From: Bacteroidota bacterium | Lineage (GTDB): Bacteria; Bacteroidota; Bacteroidia; Bacteroidales; UBA12077 | DNA: 61,944 nt | Assembly (NCBI GenBank): GCA_034189025.1 | Contig: JAXHVS010000078.1 | Span: forward strand, 1-61,944 | Reading direction: 5' to 3' | Part shown: positions 48,610 through 58,767 of the stretch, piece after piece | How the letters are laid out: each line of letters opens with the position of its first letter | Position numbering within the stretch: the first letter of the stretch is position 1 | Program-made: the position numbers and the translations under genes | Notes under the pieces: model-generated | Told to the model about the DNA's origin: nothing | Seen by the model: the letters and a program-made list of their open reading frames with translations, nothing else | Databases searched by the model: none

Positions 48610-49404
48610 ATGAAAAAATTAAAAGACATATTAATTTGGGTTTTTGTGGTTGCTTATCTTGCAGTGTCTATGAGCTTTGTGACTAAAAAACGCAAATTGG
48701 TTGTATGTCACTCTATAAATGTTACTATAATGGATAGTAGCCGAAATCAATTTGTTACCCAAAGCGATATTATTGAATTTTTGCGGCAGCCTGATATGAA
48801 TGTTGTTGGAAACTCTATATCATCAATTAATACAAAAAAAATAGAAACTGAAATATTAACCTATCACTCGGTAAAGAATGCCGAAGTATTTGTAAATGTT
48901 AACGGAGAGATTAATGTTGAGGTAACCCAACGTAAACCTATTGTACGTATCATTAACAAAAAAGGCGAAAGTTATTATATCGACCAGGAAGGAGCTATTA
49001 TGCCCTTGTTAGATAAATATGCATCGCATGTATTAATTGCTAATGGGCATATTGTTGAACCATTTGAAGTATATCGAACCCATAAAATTAATTGTGAAAG
49101 TAACGAAAAAGGTGTTGAAAAAAATAGGTTAATTTGCGATTTATTTAAACTCTGTAAATTTATTGATGAGCATAAATTTTGGAAAGCACAGATAGAACAG
49201 GTTTATGTAAACGATGAAATGGAATTTGAATTAATTCCACGGGTAGGTGCTCACCAAATATTTTTTGGAGACATCAATAATTATCAAAAGAAATTTAGGA
49301 ATCTTGAAGCTTTTTACCACCAGGGATTGAATAATGTCGGGTGGAATAAATATGATAAAATTAATTTAGAATTTGAAAATCAGGTAATTTGTACTAAAAG
49401 ATAA
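48610..49404 (+). CDS. ftsQ: Cell division protein FtsQ/DivIB
   Basis: N-terminal TM segment, POTRA-like region, Bacteroidota C-terminus Y..INL.F.NQVICTK; position before ftsA. Confidence 0.85.
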   Translation: MKKLKDILIWVFVVAYLAVSMSFVTKKRKLVVCHSINVTIMDSSRNQFVTQSDIIEFLRQPDMNVVGNSISSINTKKIETEILTYHSVKNAEVFVNVNGEINVEVTQRKPIVRIINKKGESYYIDQEGAIMPLLDKYASHVLIANGHIVEPFEVYRTHKINCESNEKGVEKNRLICDLFKLCKFIDEHKFWKAQIEQVYVNDEMEFELIPRVGAHQIFFGDINNYQKKFRNLEAFYHQGLNNVGWNKYDKINLEFENQVICTKR

Positions 49405-49409
49405 GCGTT

Positions 49410-50735
49410 ATGAGTCATAAAACAGATTTAGTAGCAGCTATCGACATTGGAACAACAAAGATTGTTGCCATTGTCGGTAAGAAAAAAGAAAACGGGAAAA
49501 TTGATATTTTAGGAATCAGCAAAACTCCTTCTAAAGGAGTAAAAAGAGGTGTTGTGCAAAATATTGATGAAGCCGTTAATTCTATTCAGAAAACGGTAGA
49601 AGATGTTCAGTTTACTATTGGCAAAGAGATTAAAGATGTTTTTGTAGGTATTGCCGGACAGCATATCCGAAGCATTAAAAATCGTGGGTATATTAATCGC
49701 GATTCGTATGACGATGAAATAACCCGCAAAGATATTGATGATCTGGTGAACGATATGTATAAAATTCCCATCGATTTTGGCGAAGAGATCATTCATGTTC
49801 TTCCTCAGAATTATATTGTCGATAATGAGACGGGGATAAAAAATCCCGTAGGAATGTCGGGCAAACGAGTGGAAGCTAATTTTCATATTGTGATAGGGCA
49901 AGTGGCTTCAGCACGTAATATTAGCAAATGTATTACTAAGGCCGGTTTAAATTTAAATTCATTGATTCTTGAACCATTGGCTTCTTCAGAAGCGGTATTA
50001 ACAGATGATGAAAAAGAAGCAGGTGTTGCTTTAGTAGATATAGGTGGAGGAACCACGGATATTGCTGTTTTTTACGATGATATTATAAGACATACTGCCG
50101 TTATTCCTTTTGGTGGGGAGGTGGTTACAAAAGATATTAAAGAAGGTTGCTCTATTTTACAAAGACAAGCAGAATTATTGAAAATCCAGTATGGCTCTGC
50201 TTTGGGCGATTTAGCAAAAGAAGAAGAGGTAGTTTCTATTCCTGGAATAAGTGGGCGCGAGCCTAAAGAAATATCCTTTAAAAGCCTGGCTTATATTATC
50301 CAATCGAGAATGGAGGAGATACTTGATGCGGTAATTTATGAAATTGAGAATTCGGGTTATTTCGACCGCTTAAGTGCTGGAATTGTAATTACCGGAGGTG
50401 GTGCATTGTTAAAACATCTTCCGGCATTGGTGAAATTTAAAACAGGAATGGACGTGAGAGTTGGTTATCCTTCGGAACATCTGGTAAACGATAGTAATTC
50501 AGATGTAAACGACCCAATGTTTGCTACAAGTGTAGGATTAGTACTTAAGGGTTATGAGCATATCGAAAAAAACAAAAGGAGTTTTGTTGCTGAAGAAGAA
50601 AAAATGGGAGCTGAACAGGAAAAGACAGAAGATGAAGAACTACGTGAAGGTAATAAAGAGCCTAAACAAGGAATTATGAATACATTAAAAAAGGTATTTA
50701 CCGATATGTTCGATGAAGATGATGTTGAAATGTAA
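49410..50735 (+). CDS. ftsA: Cell division protein FtsA
   Basis: DIGTTKI, VDIGGGTTD and ITGGGA. Confidence 0.96.
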   Translation: MSHKTDLVAAIDIGTTKIVAIVGKKKENGKIDILGISKTPSKGVKRGVVQNIDEAVNSIQKTVEDVQFTIGKEIKDVFVGIAGQHIRSIKNRGYINRDSYDDEITRKDIDDLVNDMYKIPIDFGEEIIHVLPQNYIVDNETGIKNPVGMSGKRVEANFHIVIGQVASARNISKCITKAGLNLNSLILEPLASSEAVLTDDEKEAGVALVDIGGGTTDIAVFYDDIIRHTAVIPFGGEVVTKDIKEGCSILQRQAELLKIQYGSALGDLAKEEEVVSIPGISGREPKEISFKSLAYIIQSRMEEILDAVIYEIENSGYFDRLSAGIVITGGGALLKHLPALVKFKTGMDVRVGYPSEHLVNDSNSDVNDPMFATSVGLVLKGYEHIEKNKRSFVAEEEKMGAEQEKTEDEELREGNKEPKQGIMNTLKKVFTDMFDEDDVEM

Positions 50736-50811
50736 AACTTTGTAAAATCTATAAATGATTCATAACACAACATATACTTTAGATTTTGTAACCGTTTAAA
50801 AATAAAATAGT

Positions 50812-52299
50812 ATGGCTGATGATTTAATGAACTTCGATTTACCTGTCGACCGTTCTTCGATTATAAAAGTAATTGGAGTTGGTGGTGGCGGGAGTAATGC
50901 TGTAAACCATATGTTTAAACAGGGCATTAAAGATGTAAACTTTATTGTTTGTAATACCGATGCACAAGCATTATCGAATAGCCCTGTATCTTTAAAAGTG
51001 CAATTAGGAGAATCTTTAACCGAAGGACGTGGGGCTGGAAATAAACCAGAGATAGGACGCCAGGCAGCCATTGAAAACCTCGACGATATTGTTGAAGTAA
51101 TGGGCGGAAATACTAAAATGGTATTTATTACTGCTGGAATGGGTGGCGGAACGGGTACAGGTGCAGCGCCCGTAATTGCAAAAGCAGCCAAAGAAATGGG
51201 ATTACTTACAGTAGCTATTGTTACTATCCCATTCCGCTTCGAAGGGTCTCGAAGAACGAATCAGGCCATTGAAGGGATTAACGAGATAGAAAAACATGTG
51301 GATTCCTTACTGGTTATTAATAATGAAAAATTAAGGGAAGTGTGTGGTAATTTAAAATTTTCTGAAGCCTTTTCGTATGCTGACAATGTTTTAGCAACTG
51401 CTGCTAAAGGTATTGCTGAAATTATTACCGTGCCCGGATATATCAATGTTGATTTTGCTGATGTTGAAACAGTACTTACAAATAGTGGTGTGGCATTAAT
51501 GGGAACTGGAACAGCCAATGGCGAAGACCGTGCTGTAAGCGCTGTACAACAAGCCTTAACTTCTCCATTGCTCAACGATAATGATATTAGCGGAACAGAA
51601 AATATACTGTTGAATATTACCTTTGGCAATGATGAAATTACGATGGACGAAATTGGTGAAATTGCCGACTTTGTGAACAACGAGGTGGGCTCTAATCCAA
51701 ACATAATTTGGGGTACCGGATTTGATGAAAAACTGGAAGACCAGATTAGTATAACTATTATTGCTACCGGATTCGAAAGTAATAGTATCCCTGAACTTTA
51801 TGCCAAAAAAACTACGAAAAAAACCATAACATTAGCCGACGAACAATCAAAACCTAAACCTAAGCCAAAGAAAAAGCAAGATTTGAGTACTTCACATGCT
51901 AAAGATGTAAATGGCGATTTTGACGAAAGTTTGGATTTTAAGCAGCGAACCATCGATTTTGATATCAAAAAAGATCGCGAGTCGGATAAATATATTGTAT
52001 TGCATCAACCCGAAAATGAGTCTGAAATAGCTGTTGAAACCAAAAAATCAGAAATTGAGAAGAAATTACAAGAGTCACGCGATAGAATGAAAGAACGACG
52101 AATGGAATCGTCGAAAATAAAAGATAATATTGATGAAATTGAGAATGAACCGGCATATAAACGGAAAAAAATAAAGATCGACCAGCCTGTACATTCGAAA
52201 GAATCTAATATTTCAAGATATTCACTCGAAGATGATGAGGATGAAAATACAACACGGTTAAGGCCAAATAATTCGTATTTACATGATAATGTGGATTAA
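50812..52299 (+). CDS. ftsZ: Cell division protein FtsZ
   Basis: GVGGGGSNA, GMGGGTGTG and NVDFADV; long acidic/basic linker; C-terminal NNSYLHDNVD. Confidence 0.98.
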   Translation: MADDLMNFDLPVDRSSIIKVIGVGGGGSNAVNHMFKQGIKDVNFIVCNTDAQALSNSPVSLKVQLGESLTEGRGAGNKPEIGRQAAIENLDDIVEVMGGNTKMVFITAGMGGGTGTGAAPVIAKAAKEMGLLTVAIVTIPFRFEGSRRTNQAIEGINEIEKHVDSLLVINNEKLREVCGNLKFSEAFSYADNVLATAAKGIAEIITVPGYINVDFADVETVLTNSGVALMGTGTANGEDRAVSAVQQALTSPLLNDNDISGTENILLNITFGNDEITMDEIGEIADFVNNEVGSNPNIIWGTGFDEKLEDQISITIIATGFESNSIPELYAKKTTKKTITLADEQSKPKPKPKKKQDLSTSHAKDVNGDFDESLDFKQRTIDFDIKKDRESDKYIVLHQPENESEIAVETKKSEIEKKLQESRDRMKERRMESSKIKDNIDEIENEPAYKRKKIKIDQPVHSKESNISRYSLEDDEDENTTRLRPNNSYLHDNVD

Positions 52300-52312
52300 A
52301 AAATAAAGTATT

Positions 52313-52765
52313 ATGAGTTTACAAAATCAAATTGATAAGGATATAAAACAAGCTATGCTTGCTAAAGAAAAGGATAAGCTTGTTGCGTTAAGAGCTATTA
52401 AGTCGGCTTTATTGCTGGCAAAAACAGAAAAAGGTTCTGCTGAACTTTCTGACGAAGCAGAACTAAAACTTTTACAAAAACTTGTAAAACAGCGTAAAGA
52501 ATCGGCAGAAATTTATCAACAACAAGGAAGGAACGATTTGGCGGATAAAGAATTGGACGAAGCTAAAATTATAGAAAACTATCTGCCCGAACCCATGAGC
52601 GATGACGAGCTTACCGGTTTTATAAAAGTTATTATTGATGAAGTAGGTGCTTCAACTATGGCAGATATGGGAAAAGTAATGGGTATTGCAAACAAAGAAT
52701 TGGCTGGAAAAGCCGAAGGAAAAGCTATTGCCGATAAAGTAAAAGTGTTATTAGGTAATAAATAG
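52313..52765 (+). CDS. GatB/YqeY domain protein
   Basis: DIKQAM.AK.K..L.ALR.IK, KQRKES..Y and MGKVMG. Confidence 0.92.
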   Translation: MSLQNQIDKDIKQAMLAKEKDKLVALRAIKSALLLAKTEKGSAELSDEAELKLLQKLVKQRKESAEIYQQQGRNDLADKELDEAKIIENYLPEPMSDDELTGFIKVIIDEVGASTMADMGKVMGIANKELAGKAEGKAIADKVKVLLGNK

Positions 52766-52772
52766 ATTAGAG

Positions 52773-53020
52773 ATGAAAGGAGTAAAACTCGTTTTATTAT
52801 CTGTTTTTATATTTATAGGTTATGATGATGAAGATATTGCAAAAAGGCCTGTTAGTATTGAAAATATGTCAGAATGTTATCGTCAAAATGAGTGGAATGA
52901 AAACATCATTGCTGGAGAATTAATCGGAAAATGGCAATGGATTTATACAGAAAACTTTTGGGCACCTGATGAAGGACAAAATACTGAAAAACGAAAACAG
53001 AGTTATTGAATTTTTATAAT
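52773..53020 (+). pseudogene. Decayed lipoprotein fragment (lipocalin-like LIGKW motif)
   Basis: Signal peptide ends IG-Y-DDED (TAT where a lipobox Cys TGT is expected); apparent +1 frameshift in the A-run near 52990; ends at a long palindrome. Confidence 0.5.
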
Positions 53021-53074
53021 CTGTATAAATGAAAATATCGGGGTTCATGAACCCCGATATTTTCATTTACACAG
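53021..53074. repeat. 44-bp perfect loopless palindrome (54 bp with one mismatch)
   Basis: TAAATGAAAATATCGGGGTTCA|TGAACCCCGATATTTTCATTTA at 53026-53069. Confidence 0.9.
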
Positions 53075-53117
53075 TTTTCTGGATACTACCGTTTTTAATT
53101 TTATCAGTAGTAAAAAT

Positions 53118-55241
53118 TTAATAAAATTTCGCTCTTTTATCCACAATGTTTGCAGTTTCTTTCAACGCTTCAAAAGCTTCATAATTGGCACGGTTGCTAA
53201 ATTGCATCATTCCTTGTTGTTGTTGCATTTCAACATTTCCATTGTCGGCAATATTAACCGATGTAACCTGTAATACATAAACACCTGTATTGCCCTTAAC
53301 GGGATTTGATAATTTATCCTGTTCTATAGTAGTGGCAACTGCAATAAGTTTTGGCTCAACACCAGCTTCGGGAACAGAGTATGATCTGAAACTAATATTG
53401 GTAGCTGTTTTAACTTCAGTATTAAGTTTCGAAGCCAATGTTTTTATATTGTTGGTTTCAGCCATCTGCTGACGTATTTTTTCAGCAAGTTGTTCCGCTT
53501 TTTTCTCTTTTTTCACCTGAACAAGTATTTGCGGTCGAACTTGTTCGAAAGGAGCTATACCATCTTCTTTAATATCCGTAACAAAACCAATAATAAATCG
53601 ATCGCCTATTTTAAAAATTGGATCATTGTTTTGTTTAATGATTTCGTTAATATCTGTATTATAGATAGCTCTGATAAATTCTCTCGGATTCTCTAATCCG
53701 GGAATATTTTTATCATTCTCTTTTATATTACTGGCAATTTTTTTGGTTAATTTATTGTTTTCCTGAATGGCTTTGTTAAACTCTTCGTAAGTATGGTTGT
53801 TTCCTGCAAATTTACTTGCCTCGGCATAATTATTATGAACAGTTTCCGAGCTTGGCTCAAGTTTACGGCCTAATATAGCAACGTTAACTTTTTTAACTTC
53901 TTTACCCCGGTCTGTTACCTGTGCAATATGTAAACCATATTGAGTGGGAATGGTTTTGTATTCGCCAAGGTTGGCATTAAAACAACTATCGCTAAAAGGT
54001 TTGATCATTTCATTTGCTTTAAACCATCCTAAATCACCGCCTTTTTCATTAGCTGCTTTATCAGCTGAATACTGAGCTGATAATTGGGCAAAGTTAGCTC
54101 CTGATTTCAATAGGTTAATTAAACTATCAGCAAGTGCATATATCTGGCTGTAATCTGTATCCTGTTGTGTAGGTTGTAATAAAATATGCCGTGCACGAAC
54201 CGAGTCGGGTAAATATTTTATATCCGATAATTTCGCTAACTTAAATGTTTCATCTTCAAAATAAGGGCCATAAATATATCCCTTTTTTGCATCAAATATT
54301 TCTTCTTGAAGTTGTTCAGGCAGCTCATCTTTTTTATAGAAGTTATCATCAAATGAAATATCGCTATTTAAACTAATAAAATTTTTGTCGTTTTCTGTTT
54401 GTGAAAAATCTTCGTAAATATTATTTATCCATGTTTCAGCTGCAATTCGGTCAGCTTCGGAGGGTTTTATATCAAAAGTAACATATTCAATGCTTCTTGA
54501 TGCGGTTTGTTTAAAATCATTTTCATGATTTTTATAATATGTTTTCAGGTCTTTTTCTTCAATATTAACAGTGCTATCTGGAATTTGATTAAGATTTTGT
54601 GCAATAAAATCAAAATCTACAGTTTTATTAATTTTGTTTAATTCAGCCTCAGCTTCACTTTTTGTAACGTATAATCCTTTTTTTATCAGGTTGGTATATT
54701 TGGAAAATTCTCTCTCCTGTACCATTTGCTCTTCAATAAATAACCAATAAGCTTTCTGTTGTCCTGTTGGATCCTGGTCGTATGTTTTTAGAAATTGAAT
54801 CACGGCCATCGTATTTAACTGCCCTGTTTCTGGATTGGTAAATAAATTTTGAATGATGGGATGAATGTTTTCTCCCTGCACCATATCCCATAATTCCTGG
54901 CTGCTAATATCAATACCTAATTTTTTGTATTCGTCTTTAAGAATATTTTGTCTTAAGATTTGTTGCCAGGTTTGTTCTTGAATACGTTGGATTGTTTGTT
55001 CATCAAGAGTATTTTTCCCGGATGTAAACTTGGTAATTTCAATTAAATCATTTAACTCTTTTTGGTATTTTTGGACTGAGATTGATTTTCCGGATATCTC
55101 AGCAATTTCAAATTGTGAATTTGAAAATAGTGCTCCGCCTGAATTCAGAAAATCTCCTAAAATAAATGCCAATAGTGCCATTCCAATCACTATTGCAACT
55201 AATACGCCTGCACGATTTCTAATTTTCTCTAAAGTTGCCAT
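53118..55241 (-). CDS. ppiD: PpiD-like membrane-anchored parvulin PPIase/chaperone
   Basis: MATLEKIR N-terminus with TM segment; SurA-like N domain; rotamase VRARHIL..YS.D..KGGDLGWF....M..PF..T.YG.HI. Confidence 0.85.
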   Translation of the reverse strand: MATLEKIRNRAGVLVAIVIGMALLAFILGDFLNSGGALFSNSQFEIAEISGKSISVQKYQKELNDLIEITKFTSGKNTLDEQTIQRIQEQTWQQILRQNILKDEYKKLGIDISSQELWDMVQGENIHPIIQNLFTNPETGQLNTMAVIQFLKTYDQDPTGQQKAYWLFIEEQMVQEREFSKYTNLIKKGLYVTKSEAEAELNKINKTVDFDFIAQNLNQIPDSTVNIEEKDLKTYYKNHENDFKQTASRSIEYVTFDIKPSEADRIAAETWINNIYEDFSQTENDKNFISLNSDISFDDNFYKKDELPEQLQEEIFDAKKGYIYGPYFEDETFKLAKLSDIKYLPDSVRARHILLQPTQQDTDYSQIYALADSLINLLKSGANFAQLSAQYSADKAANEKGGDLGWFKANEMIKPFSDSCFNANLGEYKTIPTQYGLHIAQVTDRGKEVKKVNVAILGRKLEPSSETVHNNYAEASKFAGNNHTYEEFNKAIQENNKLTKKIASNIKENDKNIPGLENPREFIRAIYNTDINEIIKQNNDPIFKIGDRFIIGFVTDIKEDGIAPFEQVRPQILVQVKKEKKAEQLAEKIRQQMAETNNIKTLASKLNTEVKTATNISFRSYSVPEAGVEPKLIAVATTIEQDKLSNPVKGNTGVYVLQVTSVNIADNGNVEMQQQQGMMQFSNRANYEAFEALKETANIVDKRAKFY

Positions 55242-55395
55242 TGAATTTCTGTTTTTGTCTTAAAATTTAAAGGTTCGAATATAATAATTTAAATCTTTTT
55301 TTATAGTATGTTGCCATTTTATTAATTCGCAAATTTAATATTTTATTATTTTCTTTTAGCTTTATTTAGGAAAATTAAAAAAATATAGATAAAAT

Positions 55396-56652
55396 TCATT
55401 CTATTAATTCTAATTTGATTAATTCTACCCTGGTGTTGGTTACTTTTAGGATGCTAAATTTAAAGTTGTCAATTAATATTTGATCATTAATTTTTGGAAT
55501 ACTTTCGGTGTGATATAAAATGTAACCGGCAATGGTTTCGTATTCGTCATTTTCGTGGATATTTAAATCATATTTATCATTGATATAATCGATTTCTAAA
55601 CGGCCGGAAAAAATAAAATTTGTATCGTTTAATTTTTTCTCATAATGCTCAATGATATCATGTTCATCTTTTATTTCACCAAAAATCTCTTCTAAAGTAT
55701 CTTCAATAGTAATAATCCCGGAAGTTCCTCCAAATTCATCTACAACGATGGCTAATTGTTGTCCTGTTCTAATAAAATGGCGTAAAAGTTTATTGGCCTG
55801 CATTGATTCTGGGAATACGGGTAAGTTTTTAATATATTTTTTAAAATTATTATCGCAGGTAAATAAATCTTTACTTTTTATATAGCCTATTATATTGTCA
55901 ATTGAGTCGCGGTATATGAGTATTTTCGATAAGCCAGTTTTAATAAATTTTTCTTTTAGTTCATCTAGCGTGTCATCAATTTCAATGGCAACAATTTCTG
56001 TTCTTGGAATCATGCATTCTCTAAGTTTTATATCGGAAAATTCGAGTGCATTTTTAAATAATTTAATGTCTGATGTTGTCTGCTCTTGGCTGGTTTTAGT
56101 GTTTTGGTTATCACCAACAAGTTTATTGAGGTCTTCTTTTCCAAACTTTTTCTTTTTGGGTATTTTTAATTTATCATTAAATATAATTTTAATTGACAAA
56201 GTTGATATGGCTGTTAGTAACTTGGTTATAGGATACGAAAATATATAAATTAGAAAAATGATTAAAGCAAACGAATTGATGATTTTATTGGCAAAAATTT
56301 TTCCAAAAGTTTGTGGTAGAATTTCAATAACAGGGATAATAACAAGACTTAAAAGTAAAACTCTAATCCAAAAATTTAAGGTGTAATGCAGGTTGTGTTG
56401 TTGTAGAAGAGCTGAAAGTTCATAATTCATGAAATAGATAAAAATAATAAAGATAATGTTATAACAAATAACAATTGCCAGCGAGAAGTCCCAGAAATTT
56501 TTACTAATAAAAGTTAATATTTTGGAATGATAGTTATCTTTTTCTTTATCAAGCTCTAATTGTAATTGGCTTAGTGCACTAAAAGCTGTTTTAAGGGCAG
56601 AAAAAAATATTGTTAGAAAAAATAACAGCCCATATAAAAACGGATCATCCAT
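55396..56652 (-). CDS. Hemolysin-family/CNNM (CorB-like) protein with CBS pair and CorC domain
   Basis: DUF21-like TM region; MIPRTEI, VVDEFGGTSGIITIED..EEIFGEI.DEHD and YETIAG. Confidence 0.88.
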   Translation of the reverse strand: MDDPFLYGLLFFLTIFFSALKTAFSALSQLQLELDKEKDNYHSKILTFISKNFWDFSLAIVICYNIIFIIFIYFMNYELSALLQQHNLHYTLNFWIRVLLLSLVIIPVIEILPQTFGKIFANKIINSFALIIFLIYIFSYPITKLLTAISTLSIKIIFNDKLKIPKKKKFGKEDLNKLVGDNQNTKTSQEQTTSDIKLFKNALEFSDIKLRECMIPRTEIVAIEIDDTLDELKEKFIKTGLSKILIYRDSIDNIIGYIKSKDLFTCDNNFKKYIKNLPVFPESMQANKLLRHFIRTGQQLAIVVDEFGGTSGIITIEDTLEEIFGEIKDEHDIIEHYEKKLNDTNFIFSGRLEIDYINDKYDLNIHENDEYETIAGYILYHTESIPKINDQILIDNFKFSILKVTNTRVELIKLELIE

Positions 56653-56848
56653 TTGTTTTTCCCGAATTATTTATTTTTCTTATATGTCGTTTTAATAGAA
56701 ACATTAAAAAAGCTAAAAGCGAAAATATAAAAAAGACATAACTTTTGGAAAAACCCTGGTAAATAGTTTGGTGTATTCCAGAAACTAAACAAAGTATTGA
56801 TGTTATAATCCACAAAAACTCAACACTTCTGGCGAGTTTATTTCTCAT
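56645..56848 (-). CDS. Small two-TM hypothetical protein
   Basis: ATG 56848 overlaps the 3' end of lptC; MRNKLARSVEFLW.. with two hydrophobic segments; overlaps the next start. Confidence 0.6.
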   Translation of the reverse strand: MRNKLARSVEFLWIITSILCLVSGIHQTIYQGFSKSYVFFIFSLLAFLMFLLKRHIRKINNSGKTNG

Positions 56849-57440
56849 CTTCAATATTAATCGTTCCCGATGTTTTTTTGATTTTCCAATTGGAAAAATC
56901 CTGGTTCGATTCAAAGCCGGTTCCATGGATAATTCCATCTTTATTTACAATACGAACAAAACGGTCGGAAAAAATTTTTTTCTTATTCATGTCCCACACA
57001 AGGTATTCAGTATTAAGCGTATCCCCTTCTTCTTCGTTGATAGCAACTACATTGTTTTCAGCTGTCCATAAATTTTCTTTTTCATCAAATATTGCGTAGT
57101 TGGCTTGAATCGAAGAAGTTGGTGTTAGAGTAGAGTCGAAAAATAGCACGTGCAATCCTTTAGGAAATTCTGAATAAGGTTCTTCTATTTCGAGGTATCG
57201 TTTTATTTCTGGCGAAGTGATTTTTATCTTAATGATAGCATCTTCGCTGTAGATTATTTCTGTATTTTCAACAGCCATGGAGGGTGCATCCAGGTGCTTT
57301 GTCAACTTATTTATTTTTTCGATATCTCCTTTTTCACAGGCATTACATAAGATAATAATTCCTGCCAAAGCAGGAATTATTATTTTTTTTAACATATTAT
57401 TAAAAAAATTATTTTGTTGTTCTAACGGTTGTTGTTTCAT
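56838..57440 (-). CDS. lptC: LPS export periplasmic protein LptC
   Basis: EFPKGL.V.FFD, I.A.YA, LW.A..NV, GDTL.TE.L.WD and G.GFES. Confidence 0.88.
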   Translation of the reverse strand: MKQQPLEQQNNFFNNMLKKIIIPALAGIIILCNACEKGDIEKINKLTKHLDAPSMAVENTEIIYSEDAIIKIKITSPEIKRYLEIEEPYSEFPKGLHVLFFDSTLTPTSSIQANYAIFDEKENLWTAENNVVAINEEEGDTLNTEYLVWDMNKKKIFSDRFVRIVNKDGIIHGTGFESNQDFSNWKIKKTSGTINIEDEK

Positions 57441-58749
57441 TGATCCAGCATCCTACAGTATATGTATCACCATTGTTATAACCTTCAAAGAAAGCATCTT
57501 CCTGATTGGGGAAATGTGGGCTATAGGCTTCAATAAAATTATTGGCTTGATCAGCTAATTCAGGATCTATCTGTTTTGCTTTTACAAATTGATCAACAGC
57601 AGCCCAGTATACCGCCTTATGTTCAAATTCTTTTTCTCCACATGTTTTATTCCCTGCAGCATAAATATTACCTAACAAAAGATATGGATATCCACTTTCT
57701 GGATTTAATTCTGCCGATTTTAATGCATATTTTTTGGCAGTTTCGTAATTCCCCATTTTACGAGTAACATCTCCTAACTCAAGATAATAGTTTGCTTTTT
57801 CAATAATATCATCTTGTAGTTCAATTGCTTGATGGAAATATTTTGACGCTACATGAAATTTTTCTTTTTTAGAACTTAATTTAGCAACTTCATAGGCTAA
57901 TTCTGCATTGGGATCTAATTCGTTTAACTTTACTGCCATTTTGTAAAAGAGATCGGATTCGGTACATTTTGTTGAGCGCAATAAGTCTGTTGCCTTTGTT
58001 AGAAATTCAACATCTTCAGCATTTTCTTCATATTTATTCGCATAAAATGGAATTAAATCTTCACAGCTTGCAGCGCCACTCGATTCAAAAATTTTATCAC
58101 ATATATCTTTTGCTCTTTCAATACTTCCTTTTTTCCCATTGTTTAATATATTATCAACAATATCGGAAACGAAACCATAGTCTTCTACTACCTGTCCCGC
58201 ACTTATTTTATTGGCTGAGAATAAAAATTTTGAAGCATTCATAAAAGTTACCAATTCACCAGGGCCGATTTCTTTTTGTTGAAGCTGAATGGCCTCTTTA
58301 AGCCATTTGTACCCAACCTCCATATTTTCTGAAGTATTTTTGGAATACTTAATATAATCAGTCCCTTTTTTGCCCAAAACATAGCCTTTTTGGCCATAGT
58401 ATTTTATTCTTTTATCGTAAATTTTCATCATGCTATCTACAAGTATTTCCCTTTTGGCTTCATCTTGTTCTTTTTGAATAGCATCTTCTATCATTTTAAT
58501 CCCATCGATATAGATATATTTACTCGCTTTTGGACATTCTGAATAAACAATTTTCCAAGGTTCAATGGAAAGATTAAAATTATCTTGTTTAACATATTCT
58601 CTATATAATGATAAATTCATTATACAACGAATACTGTCCTCTCCATGTCCGTATTTTGATCCGTCTTCAACACCCTTCTGAGCAAATGAAAGCCCTATGG
58701 TTAATGTTAAAAACAATGTTGTTAAAATTTTTCTTGCTATTGTTTTCAT
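57409..58749 (-). CDS. Tetratricopeptide-repeat protein
   Basis: Signal peptide; helical repeats; C-terminal A.YWAAVD.F.KAK..VGCWINE, typical of the Bacteroidota lptC locus. Confidence 0.8.
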   Translation of the reverse strand: MKTIARKILTTLFLTLTIGLSFAQKGVEDGSKYGHGEDSIRCIMNLSLYREYVKQDNFNLSIEPWKIVYSECPKASKYIYIDGIKMIEDAIQKEQDEAKREILVDSMMKIYDKRIKYYGQKGYVLGKKGTDYIKYSKNTSENMEVGYKWLKEAIQLQQKEIGPGELVTFMNASKFLFSANKISAGQVVEDYGFVSDIVDNILNNGKKGSIERAKDICDKIFESSGAASCEDLIPFYANKYEENAEDVEFLTKATDLLRSTKCTESDLFYKMAVKLNELDPNAELAYEVAKLSSKKEKFHVASKYFHQAIELQDDIIEKANYYLELGDVTRKMGNYETAKKYALKSAELNPESGYPYLLLGNIYAAGNKTCGEKEFEHKAVYWAAVDQFVKAKQIDPELADQANNFIEAYSPHFPNQEDAFFEGYNNGDTYTVGCWINETTTVRTTK

Positions 58750-58767
58750 AAATTTGTTATGTTTTGA

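Noticed and set aside
36959-52765. Absence of murF, ddl and murB from the dcw cluster; long FtsZ linker
   Set aside because: Normal for Bacteroidota
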